Shown piece after piece: positions 1 to 8,504 of a stretch of DNA of 64,000 nucleotides. Below the pieces are notes generated by a model that was not told the DNA's origin, made no database searches, and saw only the letters and a list, made by a program, of their open reading frames with translations. Positions within the stretch are counted from its first letter, which is position 1. Each line of letters opens with the position of its first letter. The position numbers were made by a program, and so were the translations under genes. The stretch is from Candidatus Micrarchaeia archaeon (GTDB taxonomy: Archaea > Micrarchaeota > Micrarchaeia > Anstonellales > Bilamarchaeaceae): assembly GCA_041649555.1 (NCBI GenBank), contig JBAZMS010000001.1, positions 119,219 through 183,218 on the forward strand. Reading direction: 5' to 3'.

Positions 1-1661
1 TTGCAATAAACAAGAGCGATTGCGCAAAAAAAAGCAAATTAATAATAGATGAAAAAAAACTTCAAGAGGAATTCGGAATTCCATTTGTCAAAATCTCTGC
101 AAAAAATCAAACAGGAATAAATGAACTGCTAAAACAAATAATTCAATCTTCAAAAAAACCTCTTTCTTTTAAAATTCCAGATGAGATAAAAAACAGGGAG
201 TTTATACAATTTGAAAAAGAAATCAGGCCATTTGCCAGGTCCCTTAACATTCCCTCGAAATGGCTTGCCTTAAAATTAATCGAAAAAGATAGTTTTGCCA
301 TAGGACTTGCAGAAAATTCAAAGAAAGGAAAACAAATAACTGCTAAAGCATCGCTTGTCGGGCAAAATATTGAAAGTTCCCTCAAATCTGATATCGGATC
401 GCATATCGCAAAAAAAAGATACTGTTTTTTAAAAAAAATTTCAGAGAAATCAATAAAATATGCAGAAAATCGAAAAGAATTTAATGCTGACAAATTTATT
501 TTAAACCCATTTGCAGGCATACCCATCTTTATACTTATATTATGGCTGACTTTTCAGCTTACATTTATACTTTCAGCTCCATTTTCAGATCTAATTGATG
601 AATTTTTTATTAATTTGGGGGAATTTTTAGGTGCATACCTTCAAAATATCGGGGTATCCGGATGGGCTATTTCATTGCTCCAGAATGGAATAATTGCAGG
701 AGTTGGAGGAATTTTAATTTTCACCCCTACAATCATCATTTTATTCATTTTATTATATACTCTTGAAGATTCAGGGTATATGGCCAGAGTTGCGGTAATT
801 CTAGATGGCATTGCAAGAAAAACAGGGCTTTCCGGAAAGTCGTTTATTCCGCTGATTCTTGGTTTTGGATGCAATGTTCCTGCAATAATGTCTGCAAGAA
901 TATTGGATAAAAAAGAGGACAGGCTTACAACGATGATTTTAATCCCCTTCATGTCTTGTGCTGCGCGTCTTCCTGTTTATCTTATTTTTATAGGGGTTTT
1001 TTTTAGCCAAAATCAGGGCCTTATTTTGCTTTTATTATATCTTCTTGGAATAATTCTTGCAATTATAACTTCATTCTTGCTTAGAAAATTTATTTTCAAA
1101 TCAGAATCCGGGGAATTATTGATAGAGCTTCCAAAATATCATTTTCCATCATGGAAGGTGGTTTTAATGCAGGCAAAACACCAAACATTTGCATTTATTT
1201 ACCGGGCAGGAACAATAATTCTTGTTGCAAGTATTTTTATGTGGTTTTTATCAAGCCTGCCTTACGGGGTTGAATATGGTTCAAAGGAAAGCATTAGCGG
1301 AATAATAGGGGGCGCAATTGCACCTGTTTTAGAGCCCCTCGGGTTTGGGACATGGCAGGCATCAGTTTCATTAATATTCGGGTTTGTAGCAAAAGAAGTT
1401 GTAGTAAGTTCAATGCTTACCTCATATGGGGTGGGAGAGGAAGGCTTGACCTCTGTTCTTAAAGAAGATTTTACAACTCTCTCAGCTATTTCATTTATGG
1501 TGTTTGTTTTGCTTTATGTTCCCTGCATTGCAGTTATCGGAACATTGAAAAGAGAAACAAACAGCTGGAAAATAACGCTTGGAGCAACGATATATTATAT
1601 CGCAGTTGCATGGATCATTTCGTTTTTAGTATTTCAAATAGGGTTATTCTTAGGTTATTAG
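1..1661 (+). CDS. feoB: Ferrous iron transporter FeoB, C-terminal part (5' end lies outside the window)
   Basis: Frame 3 is open from nt 3. The translation runs ...KISAKNQTGINELLKQI (end of the G domain), then permease segments GGILIFTPTIIILFILLYTLEDSGYMARVA and GFGCNVPAIMSAR typical of FeoB. The tracked ORF 615..1661 is only the portion after an internal TTG. Confidence 0.9.
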   Translation, partial: AINKSDCAKKSKLIIDEKKLQEEFGIPFVKISAKNQTGINELLKQIIQSSKKPLSFKIPDEIKNREFIQFEKEIRPFARSLNIPSKWLALKLIEKDSFAIGLAENSKKGKQITAKASLVGQNIESSLKSDIGSHIAKKRYCFLKKISEKSIKYAENRKEFNADKFILNPFAGIPIFILILWLTFQLTFILSAPFSDLIDEFFINLGEFLGAYLQNIGVSGWAISLLQNGIIAGVGGILIFTPTIIILFILLYTLEDSGYMARVAVILDGIARKTGLSGKSFIPLILGFGCNVPAIMSARILDKKEDRLTTMILIPFMSCAARLPVYLIFIGVFFSQNQGLILLLLYLLGIILAIITSFLLRKFIFKSESGELLIELPKYHFPSWKVVLMQAKHQTFAFIYRAGTIILVASIFMWFLSSLPYGVEYGSKESISGIIGGAIAPVLEPLGFGTWQASVSLIFGFVAKEVVVSSMLTSYGVGEEGLTSVLKEDFTTLSAISFMVFVLLYVPCIAVIGTLKRETNSWKITLGATIYYIAVAWIISFLVFQIGLFLGY

Positions 1662-1671
1662 AGGTATTTTT

Positions 1672-1833
1672 ATGGATGAGAAAATATTTTATTTTTTAGG
1701 AATTTTAGTTCTTTTGGCATTTTTATATTTTGTAAAAAAATACATAAACAATCCATGTTCCGGGTGTACATTTAAAGGAAAATGCAGTTTAGCTTGCAAG
1801 AAACCATTGCAAAAAAAAGAAAAGGAAATCTAA
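1672..1833 (+). CDS. FeoB-associated Cys-rich small membrane protein (53 aa, absent from the ORF track)
   Basis: ATG lies 11 nt after the feoB stop. Product is MDEKIFYFLGILVLLAFLYFVKKYINNPCSGCTFKGKCSLACKKPLQKKEKEI: one TM helix followed by a CxxC...C...C tail. Position and architecture match the FeoB-associated Cys-rich family as I recall it. Confidence 0.6.
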   Translation: MDEKIFYFLGILVLLAFLYFVKKYINNPCSGCTFKGKCSLACKKPLQKKEKEI

Positions 1834-2066
1834 TTTTTTATTTTGTATAAAACTGCAAATGCAGCTGCAAATGTTAGCACATTTCCAAATGCAATTTCAT
1901 ATGCTCCGGATAGGTATGCATTAATTATTAGTATAATTATTCCGATGCAATTTATAATTATAAAAGAATTTGATATTTTTCTTTTTCCATCTCTCATGTA
2001 AAAAAACTGAATAAGCCATCCGATTGCAATTAATACCAGGCCCATAAGAGAGATATAATCTGCCAT
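1830..2066 (-). CDS. Small integral membrane protein (78 aa, about 3 TM), function unknown
   Basis: ORF with strongly hydrophobic segments (LMGLVLIAIGWLIQFF, IIINCIGIIILIINAYL, FGNVLTFAAAFAVLY). No recognisable motif. Confidence 0.5.
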   Translation of the reverse strand: MADYISLMGLVLIAIGWLIQFFYMRDGKRKISNSFIIINCIGIIILIINAYLSGAYEIAFGNVLTFAAAFAVLYKIKN

Positions 2067-2140
2067 AAAATCAGTTATCCTTTACTATTTAAAAGGTATC
2101 CCCTGTTTATAATTAATTATAAACTTTTCAAGGTGTAAAA

Positions 2141-2299
2141 ATGGGAAAAACAAAAAGAGATTTAAGTAAAATAGTTTCAAATATAAAAAAAAGAATTACA
2201 GATCTTGAAGCAAAAGTAAGAATGGACCCTTTACGGAAAAATCCTGCAATACATGAAGAATTGGCACAGTTAAAAAAGAAGCTTGAAGAGAAGTATTAG
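2141..2299 (+). CDS. Hypothetical small coiled-coil protein (52 aa)
   Basis: ATG is preceded by aaGGTGtaaaa. Product is MGKTKRDLSKIVSNIKKRITDLEAKVRMDPLRKNPAIHEELAQLKKKLEEKY. Not in the ORF track (under 60 aa). Support is only the RBS and the open frame. Confidence 0.3.
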   Translation: MGKTKRDLSKIVSNIKKRITDLEAKVRMDPLRKNPAIHEELAQLKKKLEEKY

Positions 2300-2358
2300 A
2301 AATTTTTCATTCTCCAATTCCTGCGCTAGATTTTTAAGCAGTATACAATTATTATTTT

Positions 2359-2955
2359 ATGCATAAAAGAGGGGTATTAGTAGTTTTAGACGGGCTGGAT
2401 GGCGCTGGAAAAAGCCTTCAGATAAAACTTTTGAAAAGGAAATTTAAGGATATAGTTTCCTTTTCCTATCCTACGAAAAAAACTCCAAAACTTAGAAAAT
2501 ACCTTAATAAAAAGATAGAACTCAAATCTTTTGAAATTTTCAATCTTTTTTTATCAGATATCATCAATGACCAAAAGAACATAATTAAAAATCTAAAAAG
2601 CGGAAAAATAGTGGTTTTAGACAGGTATATTTTTTCAACAATTGCCTATAAGCTTAAGGGGATTTCATATGCCCTTGCAAAAAGAATAGTAAAAGATTCA
2701 AATATTCTTGTTCCAGACATTGTTATTATACTTGATATAAAACCTAATCATGCATACGAACGGAAGAAAAAGCAAAAAACCCCGGACAGGTATGAAAGCG
2801 ATATAAAATACTTAAAACAAGTTAGGTCAAATTTTTTAAGGCTTGCAAGAGAAAGATTCATTTCAAAAAATTGGATTATTCTTGATGCTTTGAAAAACGC
2901 CCGGTTCATCAATAAAAAAATATCCGGGCAAATAAACAAAAAATTAATTAATTGA
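2359..2955 (+). CDS. tmk: Thymidylate (dTMP) kinase
   Basis: N-terminal P-loop VVLDGLDGAGKSLQ, a DRY-like segment VLDRYIFSTIAY, and about 200 aa length, typical of Tmk. Confidence 0.8.
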   Translation: MHKRGVLVVLDGLDGAGKSLQIKLLKRKFKDIVSFSYPTKKTPKLRKYLNKKIELKSFEIFNLFLSDIINDQKNIIKNLKSGKIVVLDRYIFSTIAYKLKGISYALAKRIVKDSNILVPDIVIILDIKPNHAYERKKKQKTPDRYESDIKYLKQVRSNFLRLARERFISKNWIILDALKNARFINKKISGQINKKLIN

Positions 2956-3008
2956 AAATTGAAAAACAAACCTTTTTATTTTGTTTCCTGAATTCATTTA
3001 CTCTGCAA

Positions 3009-3248
3009 GCTCCTGTAGTCTAGTTCGGCCAAGGATGCTGGACTTTCATTCAGGTTTTTTGGCCTAAGTTTAACTTATTGGCAAAAACCCTGACGAAAAA
3101 ACCATGCGGCATAACTTGTGCCTTTGGTGGAGAAATCCAGTGACTCGGGTTCAAACACCAGGCGGGGGAAGTGTCCCCCTCCTCGTGATAACCAACCCCC
3201 TCTATTTTGAATAAAAATAGATCAGGTTTGAAAATCCCGACAGGAGCG
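3009..3248 (+). tRNA. tRNA-Glu(UUC) interrupted by two introns (about 3049-3134 and 3156-3234)
   Basis: Acceptor GCTCCTG (3009-3015) pairs perfectly with CAGGAGC (3241-3247). D arm is GTCT/AGTTCGGCCAA/GGAT. Anticodon stem CTGGA (3038-3042) pairs with TCCAG (3136-3140), loop CTTTCA+A, anticodon TTC. T stem TCGGG (3145-3149) pairs with CCCGA (3236-3240), and the T loop TTCAAA|T is split. Spliced length is about 75 nt. Confidence 0.85.
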
Positions 3249-3372
3249 ATTTTTTCTATTTTTTTATAATGTAGAAAAAAATTATCCCCATAGTTATTCC
3301 CGGTAATTTGTGGATATACCAGTTACCCCCACACTTTTTAAAGTTTATTGTGGGTATAACTACCGTGATAAG

Positions 3373-4332
3373 ATGCCGATAAAGAAAAGAAAGGTCAAAG
3401 GCAAGATATATTTCTATTTCGAAAAGAACATTCGTATCGGTGAAAACAACTGGAAGACATTTTCGATTTATATTGGTTCGAAGAAACCTGATGCAGTTCA
3501 ATTAAAGACACTCAAAAAGAGACTCGAAAAGACAATTAATGCCTACCTGAAAAAAGAGATCCAGGGATCAAAGACTCAGCATATCGATATAAAAACAGCA
3601 TTAAAGCTGGAAAAAATCAGAACTGCCCACAAAAAAATACTTGTTGCCCTAGACAAAACCAGCAGAGAACATTACCTAAAAAGGCAAAGAGAGCAATTTA
3701 TCACCAATACTAATGCTATCGAAGGCAGCCAGCTAACTCTTGAACAAACAAAAAAGATACTTGGATTGAAAAAGCAATATGAAGCGCAAGGCCGAGAAGA
3801 ACTTGAAGTTATAAATATGGAAAAGTGCCTTGAGCTTTATGATGAACTTATTCTGCAAAAGATAGATATTGACCTAAAAATCATATTGCATCTCCATATG
3901 CTACTTTTAAAAGCAATTCCAGATTACGAAGGCTATGCTGGAGTCTGGAGACCAGTTAATATTTATATCCGAGGCTCAAAATACAATTTTCCAGTATGGA
4001 AAGATGTCCCTGGGCTTATAAAAGAGCTTTTGCAATGGTATGAACAAAACAAGGATAAACTTCACCCAGTAGAGTTAGCCGCGATATTTCATGCCAGATT
4101 AGTCACCATCCATCCGTTTGCTGACGGAAATGGAAGAATGGCAAGATTGCTTATGAATTACATTCTTCAATTGCATGGTTTTCCTTTTACTGATATCTCT
4201 TTTTCTAAGAGAAATGAGTATTTTAGCACTCAAGAAGAGGGGCATTTTGGAAAATACCAATCTTTCGTAAAATTCTTGGTAAATGAGATAAAATCGCAGT
4301 TTACAGAACTTAAGAAAAGGAAAGAGAGGTAA
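3373..4332 (+). CDS. Fic family protein (AMPylase/Fido domain)
   Basis: Canonical Fic motif HPFADGNGRMARLLMNY. ATG at 3373 is preferred over the GTG at 3310 used by the ORF track. Confidence 0.9.
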   Translation: MPIKKRKVKGKIYFYFEKNIRIGENNWKTFSIYIGSKKPDAVQLKTLKKRLEKTINAYLKKEIQGSKTQHIDIKTALKLEKIRTAHKKILVALDKTSREHYLKRQREQFITNTNAIEGSQLTLEQTKKILGLKKQYEAQGREELEVINMEKCLELYDELILQKIDIDLKIILHLHMLLLKAIPDYEGYAGVWRPVNIYIRGSKYNFPVWKDVPGLIKELLQWYEQNKDKLHPVELAAIFHARLVTIHPFADGNGRMARLLMNYILQLHGFPFTDISFSKRNEYFSTQEEGHFGKYQSFVKFLVNEIKSQFTELKKRKER

Positions 4333-4585
4333 TATTATGGATAAAGATAAGCAAATTTTATTGCCTTCTTACTGAGAAATTGTTAAACATTGTCAAGAAA
4401 GGCAAAGCGCAGTGGTTTGAAAACCCTGCTACCTCTTGAAACGATTCCTAACTCTCTTACCTGCGCGTGGATATATCTTATGCTTCGAAAACGCCAAAGA
4501 TTTAAGGGTTAATGTGATAACTTATAGGTTTTTAAAGTTAATTCTTCATATAATATTATTAATATTAACAAAATAAGGTGTATCT

Positions 4586-5308
4586 ATGGCGCAAAATCTT
4601 TTAACAAATAAGAAACCAATGAGGGAGATGAAAGGTTCATTTAATCAGGTTACGATGTTCCAACTTAAAGAAAAGTTCAATCCTAAGTTAGAAGGTATTG
4701 CAACTGTAAATGAAATAGATGATGCTTTGAACAGTAGTAAAATCTATCAGGCAGTTATGGGAACTAAATGGGTTAGAACTGACCCATACGCAGTTTATAA
4801 GAAAGATCCAACAAAACCTCTGGGAAAAAAGGTTACATGGGTTGAAGATGGAGTTAGATATGTCCAGCAAATCCCAGATATTCCAGTTATGTTTAATGGA
4901 AAGGAAATAAGTTTACAAAAAGTCGCTGCAATGGGCGTTTATGATTCAATTGATTTGCTGAAAATTGAGCAAACAGATACTAGTTTATATACTGTTTCAG
5001 TAGTTGATTTAGAAACTCTTGCAGGAAGAGTCAGAGCAGTTAACTTTATGAGAAACAACTGGGCTTTGACTGATGAATATGGATTCCCGCTTGCCAATCA
5101 ACCTGTTTCTTCAAGCAATACTGAGGCAAGATACGGCCGGGTAAGGTCTAGTTATGAAGAAAATTCAGATGGATGGCACGGTTCTGTTGCCCGCTTCTTC
5201 AACGTCTTCGACGTCGGCGGCAGGCGTCTTGTCAATGCTATCGACGATTGGTCCGTTGTGTCTGGGGTGGCGTTAATTGGCCGCTCTGCGGCCGCGCCAT
5301 TGATCTAG
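4586..5308 (+). CDS. Hypothetical protein (240 aa); the frame continues open after the TAG stop
   Basis: aaGGTGtatct precedes the ATG. No motif recognised. The 3' 150 nt is unusually GC-rich. See the finding on the in-frame extension 5309-5521. Confidence 0.6.
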   Translation: MAQNLLTNKKPMREMKGSFNQVTMFQLKEKFNPKLEGIATVNEIDDALNSSKIYQAVMGTKWVRTDPYAVYKKDPTKPLGKKVTWVEDGVRYVQQIPDIPVMFNGKEISLQKVAAMGVYDSIDLLKIEQTDTSLYTVSVVDLETLAGRVRAVNFMRNNWALTDEYGFPLANQPVSSSNTEARYGRVRSSYEENSDGWHGSVARFFNVFDVGGRRLVNAIDDWSVVSGVALIGRSAAAPLI

Positions 5309-5527
5309 GTATCAAAAGAAGCGCTTACCAAAGTTACAGATCCAAAAGCATTATTACAACGAGCAGAACGACTAGAGCTAATGGTAAAAGAACTAACAGG
5401 ATACTTAGGTGCATCACTTACTTCGGAAGGTTTTACGACATTGATCAAGCCAATCTTAGATGAGGTAACTTTCCTAAGGGAATTAGCAGGAAAAATAGAA
5501 TCAATCAAGCCAAAAGAGTAATCCTTT

Positions 5528-6112
5528 CTATTTTTTTAGTATCTCCAAGACTCTGTTTCTAATCCTTTTTGGAACTTTTTTAAGGTAATTTTTCAGTTTA
5601 TCCATTTTAATATTTTTTTTAATTTCTGTTAGCGTTTCTTCATTCAGGTACTCTCCAAAATAAATAAAATCTATCAATGTCTTTTCAACATCAGATACCG
5701 GCACCCAGAAATCATAATACTTAACCATCTCAAAACCAAAAAACATTTTTTGGGATATTCTTCTTATTAATACATTTTTCCCAAGTATTTTTTTCAATCC
5801 GGTCCTTGTTTTTCTTGTTGTTATTATTACCGGGTTTGTTTCTTGTTCCCACAAATTTCTTAATGATAATGCTTCCTGCAGGCCGTAATAAAAAGGGGAA
5901 TATGCAAACCCACATACTTCTATCTCCTCTTCAAAGCTGTAATAACCCTTTGTTATCCGTGTTATCTCACCCCTTTTTGCCAGATGATTTAACAGCAAAT
6001 AGGCATATCCTCTGGTTCCACCCATTTTTGTTATTATAATTACTGCATCCCTTGTTTTGAATAACGGGAGTTTTCTGAATTTTTTTCTTATTTCATTTAT
6101 ATATTTCATCAT
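5528..6112 (-). CDS. AbiEi-like antitoxin / transcriptional regulator (wHTH)
   Basis: N-terminal pattern F.TRDAV...GG.RGYAYLLLNHLAKRGEITRITKGYYSF and C-terminal VSDVEKTLIDFIYF resemble the AbiEi family. There is a 4-nt overlap with the adjacent AbiEii gene. Confidence 0.7.
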   Translation of the reverse strand: MMKYINEIRKKFRKLPLFKTRDAVIIITKMGGTRGYAYLLLNHLAKRGEITRITKGYYSFEEEIEVCGFAYSPFYYGLQEALSLRNLWEQETNPVIITTRKTRTGLKKILGKNVLIRRISQKMFFGFEMVKYYDFWVPVSDVEKTLIDFIYFGEYLNEETLTEIKKNIKMDKLKNYLKKVPKRIRNRVLEILKK

Positions 6113-6762
6113 ATTTTCCTCTTCAAATACTCAACAATCTGGTTAAAATTTGGTATATTTCCTGCATAAACTATTGCCTTTAGATTGCCCTCGTCCAGAG
6201 GTCTGCCAATATTGCTAAGAAATGTTCTCACCCTGTTTTTTTCCTGTTTTCCAAGTTCTATAACCGAACTTAGATAAAAAATATCATAGATATCCCTTAT
6301 TAATCTCCTGTTGCTGTATGCATCTATTTTTTCCAATAATAATTCTTCAGCGCTTATCATTAGAACATTCATTATTGTTCCATCGGTTTTCTCATAGTTT
6401 CCTATAATTCCTTTTTTACCAGTTAGCCTTATTTCCAGCCTTACTTCTATATTCTCTTTGGATATTTTTGAAAATAGGACATTTTCCGTTTTTTTGTATT
6501 TTTTTAGAATCAGCCCTCTTGTTTTCAATTTTTCCTCTAATTTATTTTTGAAATCCTTTTCCACATTTCCATAAAAATCCAGATCTTCTGAAAACCTCCC
6601 CCCGCTGTAGCATCTCCATATACAAGTGCCTCCATGGAAAACAAACTCATTTTTCAGATCGTATAATATATCCACTAACTCGTCCTGAAGGTAGGCTATA
6701 TCTATATGCAGCCTTTTTTTAAGCCTTTTTTCCAGCGGAAGCTCCATATAATTACTATTCAA
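6109..6762 (-). CDS. Nucleotidyltransferase AbiEii/AbiGii family toxin (DUF1814)
   Basis: Signature FVFHGGTCIWRCYSGGRFSEDLDFYG (family consensus as I recall it: GGTAL...Y...RFSEDLDF). Confidence 0.8.
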   Translation of the reverse strand: MNSNYMELPLEKRLKKRLHIDIAYLQDELVDILYDLKNEFVFHGGTCIWRCYSGGRFSEDLDFYGNVEKDFKNKLEEKLKTRGLILKKYKKTENVLFSKISKENIEVRLEIRLTGKKGIIGNYEKTDGTIMNVLMISAEELLLEKIDAYSNRRLIRDIYDIFYLSSVIELGKQEKNRVRTFLSNIGRPLDEGNLKAIVYAGNIPNFNQIVEYLKRKI

Positions 6763-6813
6763 CCAAACTTATAAAAAACTATATGTTTGGTTGATTGTAA
6801 TTTTTCCTCAATT

Positions 6814-7638
6814 TTATTTCATGAATAGATCCCTATGCTCTGATAATCCTCGGTATACGCGTTCTGCTGTCATTTTAATTTCTTTGTGCAATTCCATGGA
6901 TTCTTGAGTGTTTATATCACATAAGAGACTGAATATGTGTGACATATTATTGGTTTCAACAGAAACTATAAAACGGGCAACATCAAAGGCTTCCATTTCT
7001 TTTATGACTTTATGTACTAATTCCCCAGCAATCATAATTGCTTCAAAATCTTTCCTTTTTTCCTCAAGTGTATTGTTTCTTGCCAACATTGATTTATGTT
7101 CGCGTCCAACTAAACTGAGAATTCTTCCTATATTCTCAGGATTCAGGATTGATATGAACCGTTTTCTTACTCTTTTATTGCTTTTTTCCAGAATAGAAAA
7201 GTTTTGATTCCATCCGCACAGGATCGTATTAACTAGATATATATCAGAAACCGAGGCCCTTGTTTTTTCTCCGAGGATTAAAAGACTTTCCAGTACCTCT
7301 GGTTTAAATTCTAAAAATATTGCTCTTTGACTCAGTAGTCTCAGTAGTATTAAATGGATATATTCATCAGAGTTAGAATAGCCGTAACTTACCTTTGTTT
7401 CCATTCCTATCCCGCCCATGAAATTCCTTTGAAGTGCTGATTCTAATGATTTTTTCGCTTCGTTTTTGTTAAACACATCCGTATATGGCTCTGTGTTTTC
7501 TTTATTTTCACTTCTAATTTTTTCCATTTCTTTATCTAATCTTGCCTTCCATTTCATTACTTCATTTATTTTGGCCCTTCTATTTTCCAAAACCCCTTTT
7601 GAAGTCATTCTCATTTTTTCTCCAGCCATAATCATCAC
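6814..7638 (-). CDS. Hypothetical protein (274 aa)
   Basis: Long ORF divergent from the TrmB-like gene. No recognisable motif. Confidence 0.5.
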   Translation of the reverse strand: MMIMAGEKMRMTSKGVLENRRAKINEVMKWKARLDKEMEKIRSENKENTEPYTDVFNKNEAKKSLESALQRNFMGGIGMETKVSYGYSNSDEYIHLILLRLLSQRAIFLEFKPEVLESLLILGEKTRASVSDIYLVNTILCGWNQNFSILEKSNKRVRKRFISILNPENIGRILSLVGREHKSMLARNNTLEEKRKDFEAIMIAGELVHKVIKEMEAFDVARFIVSVETNNMSHIFSLLCDINTQESMELHKEIKMTAERVYRGLSEHRDLFMK

Positions 7639-7705
7639 TCCAGGGCTTTCGTTCTAACACTAAAACCCCGAACTTATAACGCATTCCATATATTTAAATA
7701 ATGTT

Positions 7706-7721
7706 GGTGATAATTATCACC
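7706..7721. promoter_or_regulatory. Perfect 16-bp palindrome GGTGATAATTATCACC, candidate operator
   Basis: It lies between an AT-rich TATA-like box (ATATATTTAAATAA, about 7689-7702) and the ATG of the TrmB-family gene at 7724. Confidence 0.4.
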
Positions 7722-7723
7722 AT

Positions 7724-8485
7724 ATGTATGAAGAAACCTTTAGGGAACTCGGTCTGAGTAGCAACGAGGCAAAAATTTATGAGTCCATGCTAGGCCTTGG
7801 GGAAGTAAATGTAGATTTAATCTCAGTAAAATCAAAAGTCCATAGGAGAAATGCCTATGATTCCATAGCAAAATTAATTGAAAAAGGCCTGGTATCCGAA
7901 GTATTTGTGGAAAACAGGAAATATTATAGGGCAATAAATCCTTCAAGGCTTTCAGATATTTTATATGAAAAACAAAAGAAAATAGAAACAATAATTCCTG
8001 AGCTTGAAAAGAAATTCATAAAAGGGGCAACTCAGGAAAAGGCGTATATTTACAAAGGAATTCAAGGTTTTAAGAATTACCTGAAAGATATTATAGAAAC
8101 AGGGGAAGATGGTTATTTTATAGCTGCAAAAGGCGGATGGTTTGATGAGCGCCTAAAATATCTAATCCCGAAATTCCTTAAGGAATCGGAAAAGAAAGGC
8201 CTGAAGCATTATCATTTATTTGATTTTGAAATGAGGCAAAAAATGCCAGAAATATTTGGGCAAAAGAATTTTATCTATAAAATACTCCCAAAAGAATATT
8301 CCACAACATCTGCAGTAGATGTTTTTGGAGACCATGTGGTAACCTTCACTGGATTAAATATAGGAAAACTTGATGGTGATTTAACCCAGTTTGTTGTTAT
8401 AAGCAGGGGGCTGGCGGATTCCTATAAAACCTGGTTTAAGTTGGTTTGGGATATTCTTCCAGGAGGAAAATTTCCAAAATCCTAG
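7724..8485 (+). CDS. TrmB family transcriptional regulator
   Basis: N-terminus LGLSSNEAKIYESMLGLGEVNVDLISVKSKVHRRNAYDSIAKLIEKGLV matches the TrmB-type wHTH. About 250 aa with a C-terminal sensor-like domain. Confidence 0.75.
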   Translation: MYEETFRELGLSSNEAKIYESMLGLGEVNVDLISVKSKVHRRNAYDSIAKLIEKGLVSEVFVENRKYYRAINPSRLSDILYEKQKKIETIIPELEKKFIKGATQEKAYIYKGIQGFKNYLKDIIETGEDGYFIAAKGGWFDERLKYLIPKFLKESEKKGLKHYHLFDFEMRQKMPEIFGQKNFIYKILPKEYSTTSAVDVFGDHVVTFTGLNIGKLDGDLTQFVVISRGLADSYKTWFKLVWDILPGGKFPKS

Positions 8486-8504
8486 ATTTTAAATAATTAA
8501 TCCT

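Noticed and set aside
143-526. 127-aa minus-strand ORF
   Set aside because: It is entirely antisense to the clearly recognisable feoB reading frame.
4333-4585. Possible small RNA or tRNA fragment (GCGCAG...CTGCGC stem around GGTTTGAAAACCC)
   Set aside because: Only a 6-bp closing stem is present, with no recognisable tRNA, C/D or H/ACA features. The evidence is insufficient.
5306-5308. Genome-wide reassignment of TAG as a sense codon
   Set aside because: Several confident genes in the window terminate at TAG at the expected protein ends: TrmB-like at 8485, secD at 17118 and the glycosyltransferase at 20421.
5173-5463. 96-aa Arg/Cys-rich ORF (MARFCCPLLQRLRRRRQ...)
   Set aside because: It is an alternative frame of the GC-rich 3' end of the 4586-5308 gene. 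Its composition is typical of an out-of-frame artefact.
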